This document shows, one piece after another, positions 47,412-57,340 of a stretch of 64,000 nucleotides of DNA (positions are counted from its first letter, which is position 1; each line of letters begins with the position of its first letter). A program made the position numbers and the translations under genes. The notes under the pieces are model-generated. The model saw only the letters and a program-made list of their open reading frames with translations. It was not told where the DNA came from and ran no database searches. Origin of the DNA: an uncultured Bacteroidales bacterium (GTDB taxonomy: Bacteria; Bacteroidota; Bacteroidia; Bacteroidales; Paludibacteraceae); NCBI GenBank assembly GCA_946626605.1, contig CAMOUL010000003.1, forward strand, positions 19,696-83,695. Direction: 5' to 3'.

Positions 47412-49316
47412 TTAATTAATTATAGTTGGATAAACTAACTTTTTGTTGCAATGTAAGTCAATGGCACCTGCCACTTCCGTACTCAGTTCTCCGGTCGTCT
47501 CAAGGATCTCATCCACGGCATTATAGACACGAACGAAATCAATGGTCGACAGACTGACGGGATGTCCGTCCGCATCTACTGCCCACGAAATATCAAAAGA
47601 CGTACCCTCGATGTCACTGTTCGGTTTATTATCCACATAGCCAAAGTCCAAAATACGCTGTATGTTCTGGCCGCCGATAACAACCGACTGAGACGGAAGG
47701 AGAGCACCGGTAAGGGTATATTCATCCGTTTTTATCCACTCCGGATAATAGGGATGCTGATGGAAGGTGTTTTGAACCGTGTCGCTCTCTCGCGTATAGG
47801 TACGCGATACGTGATGCTGTGTTTTAGGGTCGTCATACAGACAGCCCTTGAGTTCATACCATGCATCGTCAGGCAGACCGTTCTTGTTGTCATCGCAACT
47901 GACAAGTACGATACCCGGTTCAGAACTGCCGTACTCAGTAGAACCCGCCATATAAAAGGCATTGCCGAGGATTTGAATGTCGCGACCGTCTTTATTCTCG
48001 ACCGCATGGTCAAAACCGAAGGTGATATACCCACCCCAGCCTCCTAAGGACACCATGCCTCCGGCATTATTAGCGATGGCCTGTTCGCACTTGCGGCACA
48101 TACGCTGCGCATCGTCTCCTTCCTCGTATTTGGGCAACTCGTTCACAAACTGCCCCATAGCAGGCAGATACTCATAGACACGAGTGATATACGGCGATTT
48201 GGTCGGCGGTTCAGGAACCGTATCTCCATGGATATCATAAGCGCCCGTCACACGGCATAGATGGCCCGGTATATCACCCGTCCTGGCACACCAGTGCTCC
48301 CGCCCGTCGTAGCTAAAGCAATGCAGCACACCGGACGAGACGTAGTTCTTGGCATCCGTGATATAAAGCGCATCGGCCGTAGCCAAGAGTCCATAGGGAT
48401 TCTCAAAGTCCGGGCTCTGTTGGAAGTCGAACGTAGAAAGTTGATAGTCGATGGTCGAAATGGTATTTAACGTATTCTGTTCGTTGTCTATGACGTAAGC
48501 GGTCGATCCCTGAATAGAGATATTGGAACAGGGAGTGAGGATACGTTGGATTACCGCTTCATTCTGCAGCACTACTACCTGCGGTGCAGTCTGGTTATAA
48601 TTGCCTTGGCAGCACACCCAAAGATGCTTTTGGTCATCTACGCGCAGACGCGTGGGGTTCAGTCCCACTACCACTTTGCGCAGTTCCGTAAACGAATGTA
48701 GATCAATCACCGACATCGTCGAGTCATAACGATTGATGAGGTATCCGCCGGAGTTGACCACATAGAGTTTATCGTCCACGACAACCAACTCATCGGGTTG
48801 ATGGCCCACTTTGACCTCACGGGTGATCTCCAGCGAAGCCGTATCCACTTCAAAGACCGATCCTAACAGGTCGGCATCAGCCACACTGCCCACATACGCA
48901 CTAACATACATCTTATCGCCATGAAAAGCCAGATAGCGGCAGTTAGGGATATCCACTTGACCGATATGACGCGCCTTGGCATCCATCACTTCCACTTTAT
49001 GCGAACAGTTAATGACCGCATAGAGTCGATTGCCATAGGCCACCAAGTCATTGCCCACATCGCCTAATTCCTTCAACTGCGTCGGATTCTGCGCGCCGTA
49101 CCAATTGCTATAATACTCTCCGTCCTCAAGATTGATGTAATCCAGACGGGCTTTGTTCGAACCCATATTGCCTTCGCAGAGCACGTATAACCCACCCTCA
49201 CGCACTTCGTCAGTGATGTGCGTTCCGATGGTCGGATAGATGACTTCGTCACCTCGACATCCCAAGAAAAGCAAGGAACAAAGAACAAAAGTTAATATCT
49301 TATTGCAACGGTGCAT
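47412..49316 (-). CDS. Surface lipoprotein with a YncE/DUF5074-like beta-propeller plus a C-terminal domain (BtuG-like candidate)
   Basis: It has the lipobox FLGC and repeated blades LYVLCEGN / LYAVIN / MYVSAY / LYVVNSGG. Confidence 0.6.
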   Translation of the reverse strand: MHRCNKILTFVLCSLLFLGCRGDEVIYPTIGTHITDEVREGGLYVLCEGNMGSNKARLDYINLEDGEYYSNWYGAQNPTQLKELGDVGNDLVAYGNRLYAVINCSHKVEVMDAKARHIGQVDIPNCRYLAFHGDKMYVSAYVGSVADADLLGSVFEVDTASLEITREVKVGHQPDELVVVDDKLYVVNSGGYLINRYDSTMSVIDLHSFTELRKVVVGLNPTRLRVDDQKHLWVCCQGNYNQTAPQVVVLQNEAVIQRILTPCSNISIQGSTAYVIDNEQNTLNTISTIDYQLSTFDFQQSPDFENPYGLLATADALYITDAKNYVSSGVLHCFSYDGREHWCARTGDIPGHLCRVTGAYDIHGDTVPEPPTKSPYITRVYEYLPAMGQFVNELPKYEEGDDAQRMCRKCEQAIANNAGGMVSLGGWGGYITFGFDHAVENKDGRDIQILGNAFYMAGSTEYGSSEPGIVLVSCDDNKNGLPDDAWYELKGCLYDDPKTQHHVSRTYTRESDTVQNTFHQHPYYPEWIKTDEYTLTGALLPSQSVVIGGQNIQRILDFGYVDNKPNSDIEGTSFDISWAVDADGHPVSLSTIDFVRVYNAVDEILETTGELSTEVAGAIDLHCNKKLVYPTIIN

Positions 49317-51361
49317 CGTACGTTTTGTTTAGGCATCGGATAGTTCTGAATGACTTCAAAATCCTGTCCGAGCAAGTTATTTATTTCTACGTTGGCTTTC
49401 AGCCATATCGGTTGTTTGTTCTGATCCGCCCTCAGTTGCCACTCTCCATAGAGCGATATATCATGCGTGTACCAAGGCTGCACATAGTTATAGACGATAT
49501 TCTCCTGCTGGCTATAGCGTTCTCCTACATAGACGAAGGAATAGTTGAATCCATAGCGGTCCCCGCGCTTGCTTTGCCACTCAAGTCCCAGTACGCCACT
49601 GCCGCTATGCCAAGGTATATACGGTATCTGATGGCCATAATAGCTGTCACTCGGATTGGTCACATCGATAGCGGTTTGGTAAGTATAGTTGAGTCGCGTA
49701 CGCAGCACAAAACGCAGCGGCAGGTAGAACGACATATCCGCATGCGCATCGACGCCATTGATCTTCACCGTACCGAGGTTCAGCATCGTCCAGCGGAACT
49801 GCTGCCCCTTCGGATAAGCAATGATCTTATCGGTCACACGATTGTAATAATACGAAACGGCTGCAGCTATTTCGTAGCCGAAATCATTGGCGACGGATGA
49901 TTTGTCATTGGTGATTTTATAGGCCAGTTCGACGGAGTGCTGACGGGCCAACTCCGGCCGTAAGTTGGCATTGCCTAAGTCCGTATAATAGAGGTCGTTA
50001 AAAGTAGGATAACGATAGCTCTGCTTATAGAAAGCGTTGATACTGAGGTCAATAGCCGGATACGGACGGAAAGACAGGAAAAGTCCGGGAGTCACCTTGG
50101 GTGAATTTTTGATTTCTGATTTTTGATTGATGATTTGGGTCATCAGGACCGAAGCCTGTAGCCGCAGATATTCCTTGATATTAAAGGCCGTAGCGGCACT
50201 AAGCCAGTGGCTATGTCGCGCGAAGCGCTCATCGGTCACTCCGCTCACCAACTCATCTTTGCGCAAGGTATTATATTGGTAGTCATATGCCACCGACAGA
50301 TCCCACCAATTGAAGACCTGCACCTTATTCGCCAAGGAGAGATACACCTCTTGCTGCAGGTATTTATTATCCGCAGGCAGCAGGCGCTCATCATAGTTCT
50401 TATAATGCGTGAAATCATTGGCGTACTTGGCTAATAACCGTGTACTCCAGCGGCCAAACCACTCGTCTTGCCACTGGCCTTGCACAAAGGTATTTCGATC
50501 CCATAGACGCTCTCCATTGCGCCACACATTATTGACGATTGCACCCGGTATACCGCGTTCGGAATAGTAGTTATACGCATGCAAGCGCCAGAAACCGGTC
50601 GTGCGATAGTAATGATGTAGACCCAGTTCCGTACGGACGGCATTGATATCGCCGTTTTGACGAATTGCCGTCGTGTCATAAGCCGTCTCACCGGACGGGA
50701 ACACCCGTTTATAACGGAAGGGATACTTACCATCCGAATATACATACTCGACATCAAGGGTCATCGAGAGGTTGTCTATCAACTTGATATCCACTCCCAC
50801 ACTCGGATTCGCTAAAGCAAAGGAGCCGAAGCGCATCTTAGCACGCACGTGCACACGCTCGTCCTCCTTGAAATAAGGTTTACGCGTCGTGAGATAGACA
50901 TTACCGGCCGCACCGAACTCACGGGCGGACTGAAAGATATCGGATTTCTGACCGTTATAGAGCTGGATCTCATCCATGTTATCCAACGAGAAACGCCCTA
51001 AGTCCACTTGCCCGTTCTGGGCATTGCCAAGTTGAATACCATTATAATACACCGCCGTATGTTGGCTTCCCATCGACCGCACATTGATCGTCTTAATACC
51101 TCCTACTCCGCCGTAGTCTTTGAGTTGAATACCCGAGAAATACCGCAGTGCATCGGCTACAGACAGGGCGTTGAGGCGCTCCAATTCAATGCCTTTGAGC
51201 GCCTGCGGAACGATGATATCTTTGGTCAGGGCACGCGCTGTTACCTCCACTTCCTCCATCTGGAACTGGCGGTATAACGAGTCTAACTCTGCGTCGTCTA
51301 TCGCGAACACAGAGTTTGCACAAAGTGCAATCAATAGTATGAGAAATAGTTTTTTTATCAT
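49292..51361 (-). CDS. btuB: TonB-dependent receptor, probable cobalamin transporter
   Basis: It has the signal peptide MIKKLFLILLIALCANSVFA, a plug domain, a C-terminal barrel ending ...TVAIRY, and a cobalamin riboswitch immediately upstream. Confidence 0.85.
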   Translation of the reverse strand: MIKKLFLILLIALCANSVFAIDDAELDSLYRQFQMEEVEVTARALTKDIIVPQALKGIELERLNALSVADALRYFSGIQLKDYGGVGGIKTINVRSMGSQHTAVYYNGIQLGNAQNGQVDLGRFSLDNMDEIQLYNGQKSDIFQSAREFGAAGNVYLTTRKPYFKEDERVHVRAKMRFGSFALANPSVGVDIKLIDNLSMTLDVEYVYSDGKYPFRYKRVFPSGETAYDTTAIRQNGDINAVRTELGLHHYYRTTGFWRLHAYNYYSERGIPGAIVNNVWRNGERLWDRNTFVQGQWQDEWFGRWSTRLLAKYANDFTHYKNYDERLLPADNKYLQQEVYLSLANKVQVFNWWDLSVAYDYQYNTLRKDELVSGVTDERFARHSHWLSAATAFNIKEYLRLQASVLMTQIINQKSEIKNSPKVTPGLFLSFRPYPAIDLSINAFYKQSYRYPTFNDLYYTDLGNANLRPELARQHSVELAYKITNDKSSVANDFGYEIAAAVSYYYNRVTDKIIAYPKGQQFRWTMLNLGTVKINGVDAHADMSFYLPLRFVLRTRLNYTYQTAIDVTNPSDSYYGHQIPYIPWHSGSGVLGLEWQSKRGDRYGFNYSFVYVGERYSQQENIVYNYVQPWYTHDISLYGEWQLRADQNKQPIWLKANVEINNLLGQDFEVIQNYPMPKQNVRCTVAIRY

Positions 51362-51394
51362 TGTTCGTCCTAATCCAGGAGGACTTACCAATAG

Positions 51395-51485
51395 TGCAAA
51401 GTGCAAGCGATCTGACTTAGGCCGTTCGGCCATCACAGTTGCCGGTCAGTCCGGGATTCTCACCCGAGTTCTCTTGCTACGCTTT
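51395..51485 (-). promoter_or_regulatory. Cobalamin riboswitch (compact)
   Basis: The minus strand reads GCAAGAGAACTCGGGTGAGAATCCCGGACTGACCGGCAACTGTGATGGCCGAACGGCCTAAGTCAGATCGCTTGC. This contains the GGTGnGAAnCC element, GCAACTGT, the B12 box AAGTCAGA and a closing P1. Confidence 0.7.
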
Positions 51486-51489
51486 GTCG

Positions 51490-52971
51490 TTATTTTTTAG
51501 CAGGTTCTGTTGTTAAATCAATTCCAAGTTTCTTAAAGGTTCTCCAATCCGCCTCTTTAAGCATCACCGTGGAGTGCGCTTGACAGCCCTTCAGCAGCGG
51601 CAGGGTCTCCAGCGCATTGCGACAGTTCTCGTCGTGTAACGAGAGCACCGAAAGTGCTACCAGCACCTCATCCGTATGCAGACGCGGGTTCTGACCATGC
51701 AGATAATTGATCTTGGTCTGCTGGATCGGTTCAATGATCTCCTGCGGTATAAGACGCAAAGAATGATCAATCCCGGCCAACTCCTTCATCGCATTCAATA
51801 GCAGAGCTGCCGACGAGCCTAACAGTTCACCCGCTTCGGCCGTGATAATTCGTCCGTCCGGCAGTTCAATAGCCGCCGCATGAGCAAAAGCTCCGTCATT
51901 CAACGCACCCGTCAAAGCGCGCCGCTCACGCGCAGCCACCGTCGTACGACGATAGGCCGTATTGATACCCACCTGCTGCTGAAGCAGCGCCAGTTTCTTC
52001 ACTTCCGCATCATTGCACTTACCGTTCGCTAAATGACACAATGCTTGGAAATAACGCCGTATGATCTCCTGTTTGCTGGCTTCACGCACTGCCTCATCGT
52101 CACTGATGCAGAATCCGACCATGTTCACGCCCATATCCGTAGGCGACTTATAGGGATTATGCCCGTAGATGGAAGTAAAGAGGGCATCGAGCACAGGATA
52201 AATCTCAATATCGCGATTGTAGTTCACCGCTGATTTGCCGGTGGCCTCCAGGTAGAAAGGATCGATCATATTCACGTCTTGCAGGTCTGCCGTTGCTGCC
52301 TCATAAGCGATATTCAAGGGGTGCTTGAGCGGTAAGTTCCAAACCGGGAAAGTCTCGAACTTCGCATAGCCGGCATCGCGACCATGCGCATGCTCATTAT
52401 ACAACTGACTCAGACATACCGCCATCTTTCCGCTGCCCGGACCCGGAGCTGTCACCACTACCAAAGGACGGGTTGTCTCGATATAATCATTCAAACCAAA
52501 GCCCTCCGGCGAAGCTATCAAATCCACATTATGCGGATAGCCGTCAATGATATAATGATAATAAACCTTGATGCCTTTTCGCTCCAGACGCTGGCGGTAT
52601 GTATCAGCCGAACGCTGTCCGGAATAGTGGGTAATGACTACCGAAGATACACAAAAGCCACGTTTGGTAAACTCTTCGCGCAGACGTAGCACGTCTTCAT
52701 CATAGGTAATACCCAAGTCCTGACGCACCTTATTACGCTCGATATCTTCCGCCGAAAGGACGATGATAATCTCCATGGAGTCCTGCAGTTGCGTAAACAT
52801 ACGCAACTTACTATCGGGCAAGAAACCCGGCAGAACACGACTCGCATGCATATCATCGAAGAGTTTACCGCCTAACTCCAAATAGAGCTTGTTGTTAAAC
52901 TGCCCTATTCGTTCGCGGATATGCTCCGACTGAATACGGATATATTTGTCGTTATCAAAAGCCAATGCCAT
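51490..52971 (-). CDS. DUF1846 (UPF0371) family protein
   Basis: The N-terminus FDNDKYIRIQSEHIRERI...LELGGKLFDD is typical of the family. Confidence 0.75.
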   Translation of the reverse strand: MALAFDNDKYIRIQSEHIRERIGQFNNKLYLELGGKLFDDMHASRVLPGFLPDSKLRMFTQLQDSMEIIIVLSAEDIERNKVRQDLGITYDEDVLRLREEFTKRGFCVSSVVITHYSGQRSADTYRQRLERKGIKVYYHYIIDGYPHNVDLIASPEGFGLNDYIETTRPLVVVTAPGPGSGKMAVCLSQLYNEHAHGRDAGYAKFETFPVWNLPLKHPLNIAYEAATADLQDVNMIDPFYLEATGKSAVNYNRDIEIYPVLDALFTSIYGHNPYKSPTDMGVNMVGFCISDDEAVREASKQEIIRRYFQALCHLANGKCNDAEVKKLALLQQQVGINTAYRRTTVAARERRALTGALNDGAFAHAAAIELPDGRIITAEAGELLGSSAALLLNAMKELAGIDHSLRLIPQEIIEPIQQTKINYLHGQNPRLHTDEVLVALSVLSLHDENCRNALETLPLLKGCQAHSTVMLKEADWRTFKKLGIDLTTEPAKK

Positions 52972-53014
52972 AATTGCACATTATTTTATATCACGCGCTT
53001 ACGCGCATACGTGA

Positions 53015-55645
53015 TTAGTCTTTCTGGTTTTGCTGCGACTCCTCATCGTCCTCATCGTGATGGTAGTACTGATAGGAACGATAAGCCTTGTCGTCCTTCA
53101 CCAGTTTGCTGTAGATCTTACCGTACAGTTTACCGTATCGCTTTGAACGACTGTTGTTCTCGCCATAACCATAGCCGTAGCCGCCATAGCCACCATAACC
53201 AAGGTGACCGTATCCATAGCCGCCGTAGCCACCATAGCCGTAGCCGTAGCCGGAGCCATAGGAGTGACGACCGCTCGTCGGGATATCCGAGAGAACTAAC
53301 TGCACTTTCTCCGGCGAGTCTACTACTTCGGCCATCTGCTCAAGTGTCTGCTTGCAGAACGATTTATTGGTCTGCATACAACGGATCACGAACAGACACA
53401 TGTCGGCTTGCTCAATGATAGCATATGCATCAGGCACCAAACCGATCGGCGAGGTATCCATGATGATGAAATCATATTCCTGACGCAGATCATTCAGTAG
53501 TTCCGATAATTTATCTGCATGAACGAGTTCACCCGGGTTCGGAGGAATTGTACCTGCCCGCATGAAATCAAATCCAAACGGAGTATCCTTTACGAGAATA
53601 TCACTCAGTTCGCAGTCGCCGATCAGATAGTTCGACATACCGCTTCCGTTCTCCAAACCGAGTTTGGTATGAATATTCGGTTTACGGAGGTCGAGGTCAA
53701 TCAGCAACACTTTCTTTCCCGTCATCGCATAGAGCGCCGCAAGGTTGGTGGATAAGAACGTCTTACCATCACCTGACTCCGTAGAAGTGATACAAAGCGT
53801 CATCTTCTCTTTCCTGCGTAGCACGAACTCTATACGCGTTCGAATGGCTCGCATCATTTCCGCATAACTGGAGCGAGGTGAAGCGCGCACCAGCGTCGGG
53901 TTCTGGCTCTTTGCGTGACGGAGCGTACCGATGAGGCGGAAGAATTTCAGTTTCACAACATCCTTCGGCGAACGAATCTTATTGTTGAGCAACTCACTCA
54001 AGATAATTAGCAAGGCCGGGATCAAGAAACCGATAATCAAATACTTGGAAGTAGTCTTCGACTTCGCCTTGGCATTCATGATAGCCGTCGTACGGGCTTT
54101 ATCCATGATCGAGTTATCCGGCGTATTCGAAGCCTTTTGAATCTCGGCTTCTGCACGCTTCTGAAGGAAGAAAGTATAGTAGTTATCGTCAATACGATAA
54201 TTACGCTCGATAGCTACCATCTGAAGTTCTTTCTCGGGCAGTTTCTTAATCTCCCGTTCTGCTTCAGCATAACGCCTGCTAAGGTCCTCTTTCTCTATCT
54301 TGAGCGAAGCTCGCATCGAAGCGACAACCTCTCCTATCGCCGTCTTGACATTCTCAATATCCTTGGAGTATTTTGCGTAGTACACGTTTTTCTCCGTTAA
54401 CTCACCGCGTTGAATACGCAGGTCATTGAGCTGCTGTACCAAGCCCATCAAAATAGGTTCATTTACACCCATTGTCGTCGGCGCAATGACAGCACCGCTC
54501 TCGATATTGGTGTTGATATAATTGATGAGGTAGTCAAAATAGGTCTCACGCAAGCGCAACTCCAAGGCTTTCTGGTCATAGCTGGAAACCATACCCATCA
54601 ACTGTCCTGCATAGGAGTTCACATCAACAAACTTGTTCTCTTGACGGAAATCTGTCATCGCACCCTCGCTCTGTTGCAAAGAAGACTGCAAACTCTCCAA
54701 CTGCTCGTTGATGAAGCGAATCGAGTTCTCCGCCACTTCATTTTTCTGCTCCAGGTTCTGCAACAGGTATATCTGAGCCAACTTATCAATGAACTCGCAG
54801 TCGCGTGCCGGCACTTCGCTCACCAAAGAAATAGCCAATACGGTCGATCCCTCCGTCACAAAGGACAGCGAGACTCGGCTCATGAACTCATTGACGAGGT
54901 CTTCATGCGACCGGAAACGGAAGTAGATCTTCGAGTTGTTCATATACTCCGTCGGCCATATCGTGATATCGAACAGCGAGCACGAGATCGGTTCTCCATA
55001 GTGCGCATCAATCTCCAGCGGTAGCGACTCATCGGTAGACGATATATGCATCATGCCGTCTTCACGGAAGGTCACCTGATACATGGTTCCATACGCACGG
55101 GGATCCAAACGGGTGTATTCCACCAGTATAGGCGTCTGACGATATAACTGACGCGTCTTAAAACGGCCTTGCGTGATATACTCCACATTCATGAAGGGCA
55201 AAGAGTCCACTACCCGACTCATCAAATCATAAGAGGTCAACATGATCATCTGATTGTTGACGTTCTTAAAACCGGCATCCACACCAAAGCCCTGCATCAG
55301 TGCCATGGAAGAGCCATAACTATTACTCTCCTTGATGACGATTGTTCCTTGCGAGAGATAGGATGGAATCCAGCGACGGTTCTTCAGCATCGCCAGACCT
55401 AATGCAATCGCTATAGCAATCACAAACAGATACCAATAATGCAAGAAGGTAAACAGCCACTCAATGGGGTCGAACTTCATCGAACCCTCTTCGTCATCTC
55501 CTTGCGAGGGATCTTGCTGATAATACTGTTGATTTCCGGCCTGGTAATAATTGCTATTACCGCCCGCCTGATAATACTGATTGTTTCCACCCGGGGTATA
55601 ATACTGATTGTTACCACCGGGGTTGTATTGGTTATTGTTATTCAT
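53015..55645 (-). CDS. wzc: Polysaccharide co-polymerase / BY-kinase (Wzc-like)
   Basis: It has a Wzz-type periplasmic coiled region between two transmembrane segments, Walker A STESGDGKTF, and a C-terminal Gly-Tyr cluster. Confidence 0.85.
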   Translation of the reverse strand: MNNNNQYNPGGNNQYYTPGGNNQYYQAGGNSNYYQAGNQQYYQQDPSQGDDEEGSMKFDPIEWLFTFLHYWYLFVIAIAIALGLAMLKNRRWIPSYLSQGTIVIKESNSYGSSMALMQGFGVDAGFKNVNNQMIMLTSYDLMSRVVDSLPFMNVEYITQGRFKTRQLYRQTPILVEYTRLDPRAYGTMYQVTFREDGMMHISSTDESLPLEIDAHYGEPISCSLFDITIWPTEYMNNSKIYFRFRSHEDLVNEFMSRVSLSFVTEGSTVLAISLVSEVPARDCEFIDKLAQIYLLQNLEQKNEVAENSIRFINEQLESLQSSLQQSEGAMTDFRQENKFVDVNSYAGQLMGMVSSYDQKALELRLRETYFDYLINYINTNIESGAVIAPTTMGVNEPILMGLVQQLNDLRIQRGELTEKNVYYAKYSKDIENVKTAIGEVVASMRASLKIEKEDLSRRYAEAEREIKKLPEKELQMVAIERNYRIDDNYYTFFLQKRAEAEIQKASNTPDNSIMDKARTTAIMNAKAKSKTTSKYLIIGFLIPALLIILSELLNNKIRSPKDVVKLKFFRLIGTLRHAKSQNPTLVRASPRSSYAEMMRAIRTRIEFVLRRKEKMTLCITSTESGDGKTFLSTNLAALYAMTGKKVLLIDLDLRKPNIHTKLGLENGSGMSNYLIGDCELSDILVKDTPFGFDFMRAGTIPPNPGELVHADKLSELLNDLRQEYDFIIMDTSPIGLVPDAYAIIEQADMCLFVIRCMQTNKSFCKQTLEQMAEVVDSPEKVQLVLSDIPTSGRHSYGSGYGYGYGGYGGYGYGHLGYGGYGGYGYGYGENNSRSKRYGKLYGKIYSKLVKDDKAYRSYQYYHHDEDDEESQQNQKD

Positions 55646-55648
55646 AGC

Positions 55649-56419
55649 TTATTTGTAGATAACGGCTACGTAATTAAGCACCGTTGTTAATAATGCGACA
55701 CTGCTTGTGATCAGACTGATGAAGCCCGAGTAGTTGTTTACGGTATAGAAACTATTTCGCTCACGGGCGACATAAATCACATCATTAGGATAAATATAAT
55801 AGTACTTGGAATCGATTAAGGAGTTGGTTCGCATATCGAACTCTAAGATCTCCGGCTCTTCTCCATTTCCACGAGGACGTATGATTCGTATATGGCGACG
55901 ATCACCACTATTCATCACATCACCCGTCATGGCAAGCGCCTGGAAGATATTCATCTTCTCCTTATAGATATAATACTGGCTGGAGTGCGCATCACCTATC
56001 ACCGAGAAATACTTGTTATACAGCGCCAACTTCACATCCGCATCCGGTATAATCTCGCGGAAAGCATCGCGTAAAGTCTCTTGCGCCTCTTGCTCCGTCA
56101 ATCCCTCTATCTTTACCGGCTTGAGGAACGGGATATCTATCGTTCCATCCGGATAGACACGATATGAGTTCGCATACTGGGTGCTAATACTCGAGTTATT
56201 GGATCCTAACATCTTACTCATCGTCTCGTCCATCGTTATGAGACGATAGATGATCTCGTCATTCACACGGATTCGGTAAGGCTCATATGCCACGCTGTCG
56301 TACTGAGGCAGTTTGTTATGCTTGTTCGGTTCTTGCAGATAGCCTATTACGCGATGGGTGTAGCAACTGCTCATCAAAACGGCCACCAGACCGACCAAAA
56401 TCATTCGAATCGTTCTCAT
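55649..56419 (-). CDS. wza: Polysaccharide export protein (Wza-like)
   Basis: It has the lipobox LMSSC, the YRIRVNDEI (Poly_export) motif and a SLBB-like region. Confidence 0.8.
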   Translation of the reverse strand: MRTIRMILVGLVAVLMSSCYTHRVIGYLQEPNKHNKLPQYDSVAYEPYRIRVNDEIIYRLITMDETMSKMLGSNNSSISTQYANSYRVYPDGTIDIPFLKPVKIEGLTEQEAQETLRDAFREIIPDADVKLALYNKYFSVIGDAHSSQYYIYKEKMNIFQALAMTGDVMNSGDRRHIRIIRPRGNGEEPEILEFDMRTNSLIDSKYYYIYPNDVIYVARERNSFYTVNNYSGFISLITSSVALLTTVLNYVAVIYK

Positions 56420-57279
56420 TGTCCGCCTCCTTCCCCTTTATTTCCGTAGTATTTGTTGACGTGGTTAATACCCGTCTGAACAATCGAATAGATGAAGACA
56501 CCAAACGATATCGTAGCAGCCGTCACACTAATGACCGAGGTCACGTGGTTGATACCGAAGCTATAACCCGGTATCTGACGAATATAGATGATATCGTTCG
56601 GTTCAATATAATAGAACTCCGAGTTCACAATATCTTTCGATCGAACATCAAAAGTCTTAATGGTCGTCACGCCGTTCTTCTCACGCACAAGTTTAATCTC
56701 CTTGCGGCTATTGAACTCACGTAAGTCTCCTGCCATCGCCAACGCCTCGAAGATAGTCATCTTATCCTTTGAGATTGAATAACGTCCGCTTTGTGCTCCG
56801 ATAATAGAGAAGGAACGGTTGACAATATTCACTTCCACGGAGATGGTCGAATATCCGGGCATCTCTTTGAGCAAAGTACTCAACTCCTTTTCCAGTTTAT
56901 GCTTTACCTCTCGCGTTGTACATCCTAACACATGCACTTTCCCTATCGTCGGGAAGTCGATAAATCCTTCTTCGTCCACCAGATAGGTGTATAATTCATA
57001 CGAACCTCGGGTATTCCCTTGGCTCATTTGTTGACGCATCTGTGATGCGCTACTTCCTCCCGCATTATACATTTTCTGGATTTTCTCGTCCAGCGAATAT
57101 ACGTACACATACAATCGGTCGCCTATTCGCACTTGATAATCCTCGTAACTCAATGTATCCGCATAACTCGGGATATATCGGTCAGGATCCTGCATGTAGT
57201 TCACTTTCCGCGCCGTCACACAAGACGCAAGCGCAAAGCCCACTAAAGCCAGAAATAATATGTTTTGGATTTTTCTCAT
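56416..57279 (-). CDS. wza: Polysaccharide export protein (Wza-like), paralogue
   Basis: It has the lipobox FALASC and YQVRIGDRL. I took the start at ATG 57279 rather than the track's TTG at 57303. Confidence 0.8.
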   Translation of the reverse strand: MRKIQNILFLALVGFALASCVTARKVNYMQDPDRYIPSYADTLSYEDYQVRIGDRLYVYVYSLDEKIQKMYNAGGSSASQMRQQMSQGNTRGSYELYTYLVDEEGFIDFPTIGKVHVLGCTTREVKHKLEKELSTLLKEMPGYSTISVEVNIVNRSFSIIGAQSGRYSISKDKMTIFEALAMAGDLREFNSRKEIKLVREKNGVTTIKTFDVRSKDIVNSEFYYIEPNDIIYIRQIPGYSFGINHVTSVISVTAATISFGVFIYSIVQTGINHVNKYYGNKGEGGGQ

Positions 57280-57340
57280 TTTCTCATTTATACATTTTCT
57301 CAATTTCTCCTGCCCCTACAGGGGAAGGTCGGGAAGGGGC

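Noticed and set aside
51362-51436. The track adds 25 N-terminal codons to the TonB-dependent receptor.
   Set aside because: This stretch is the expression platform and 3' part of the cobalamin riboswitch. The signal peptide starts at ATG 51361.
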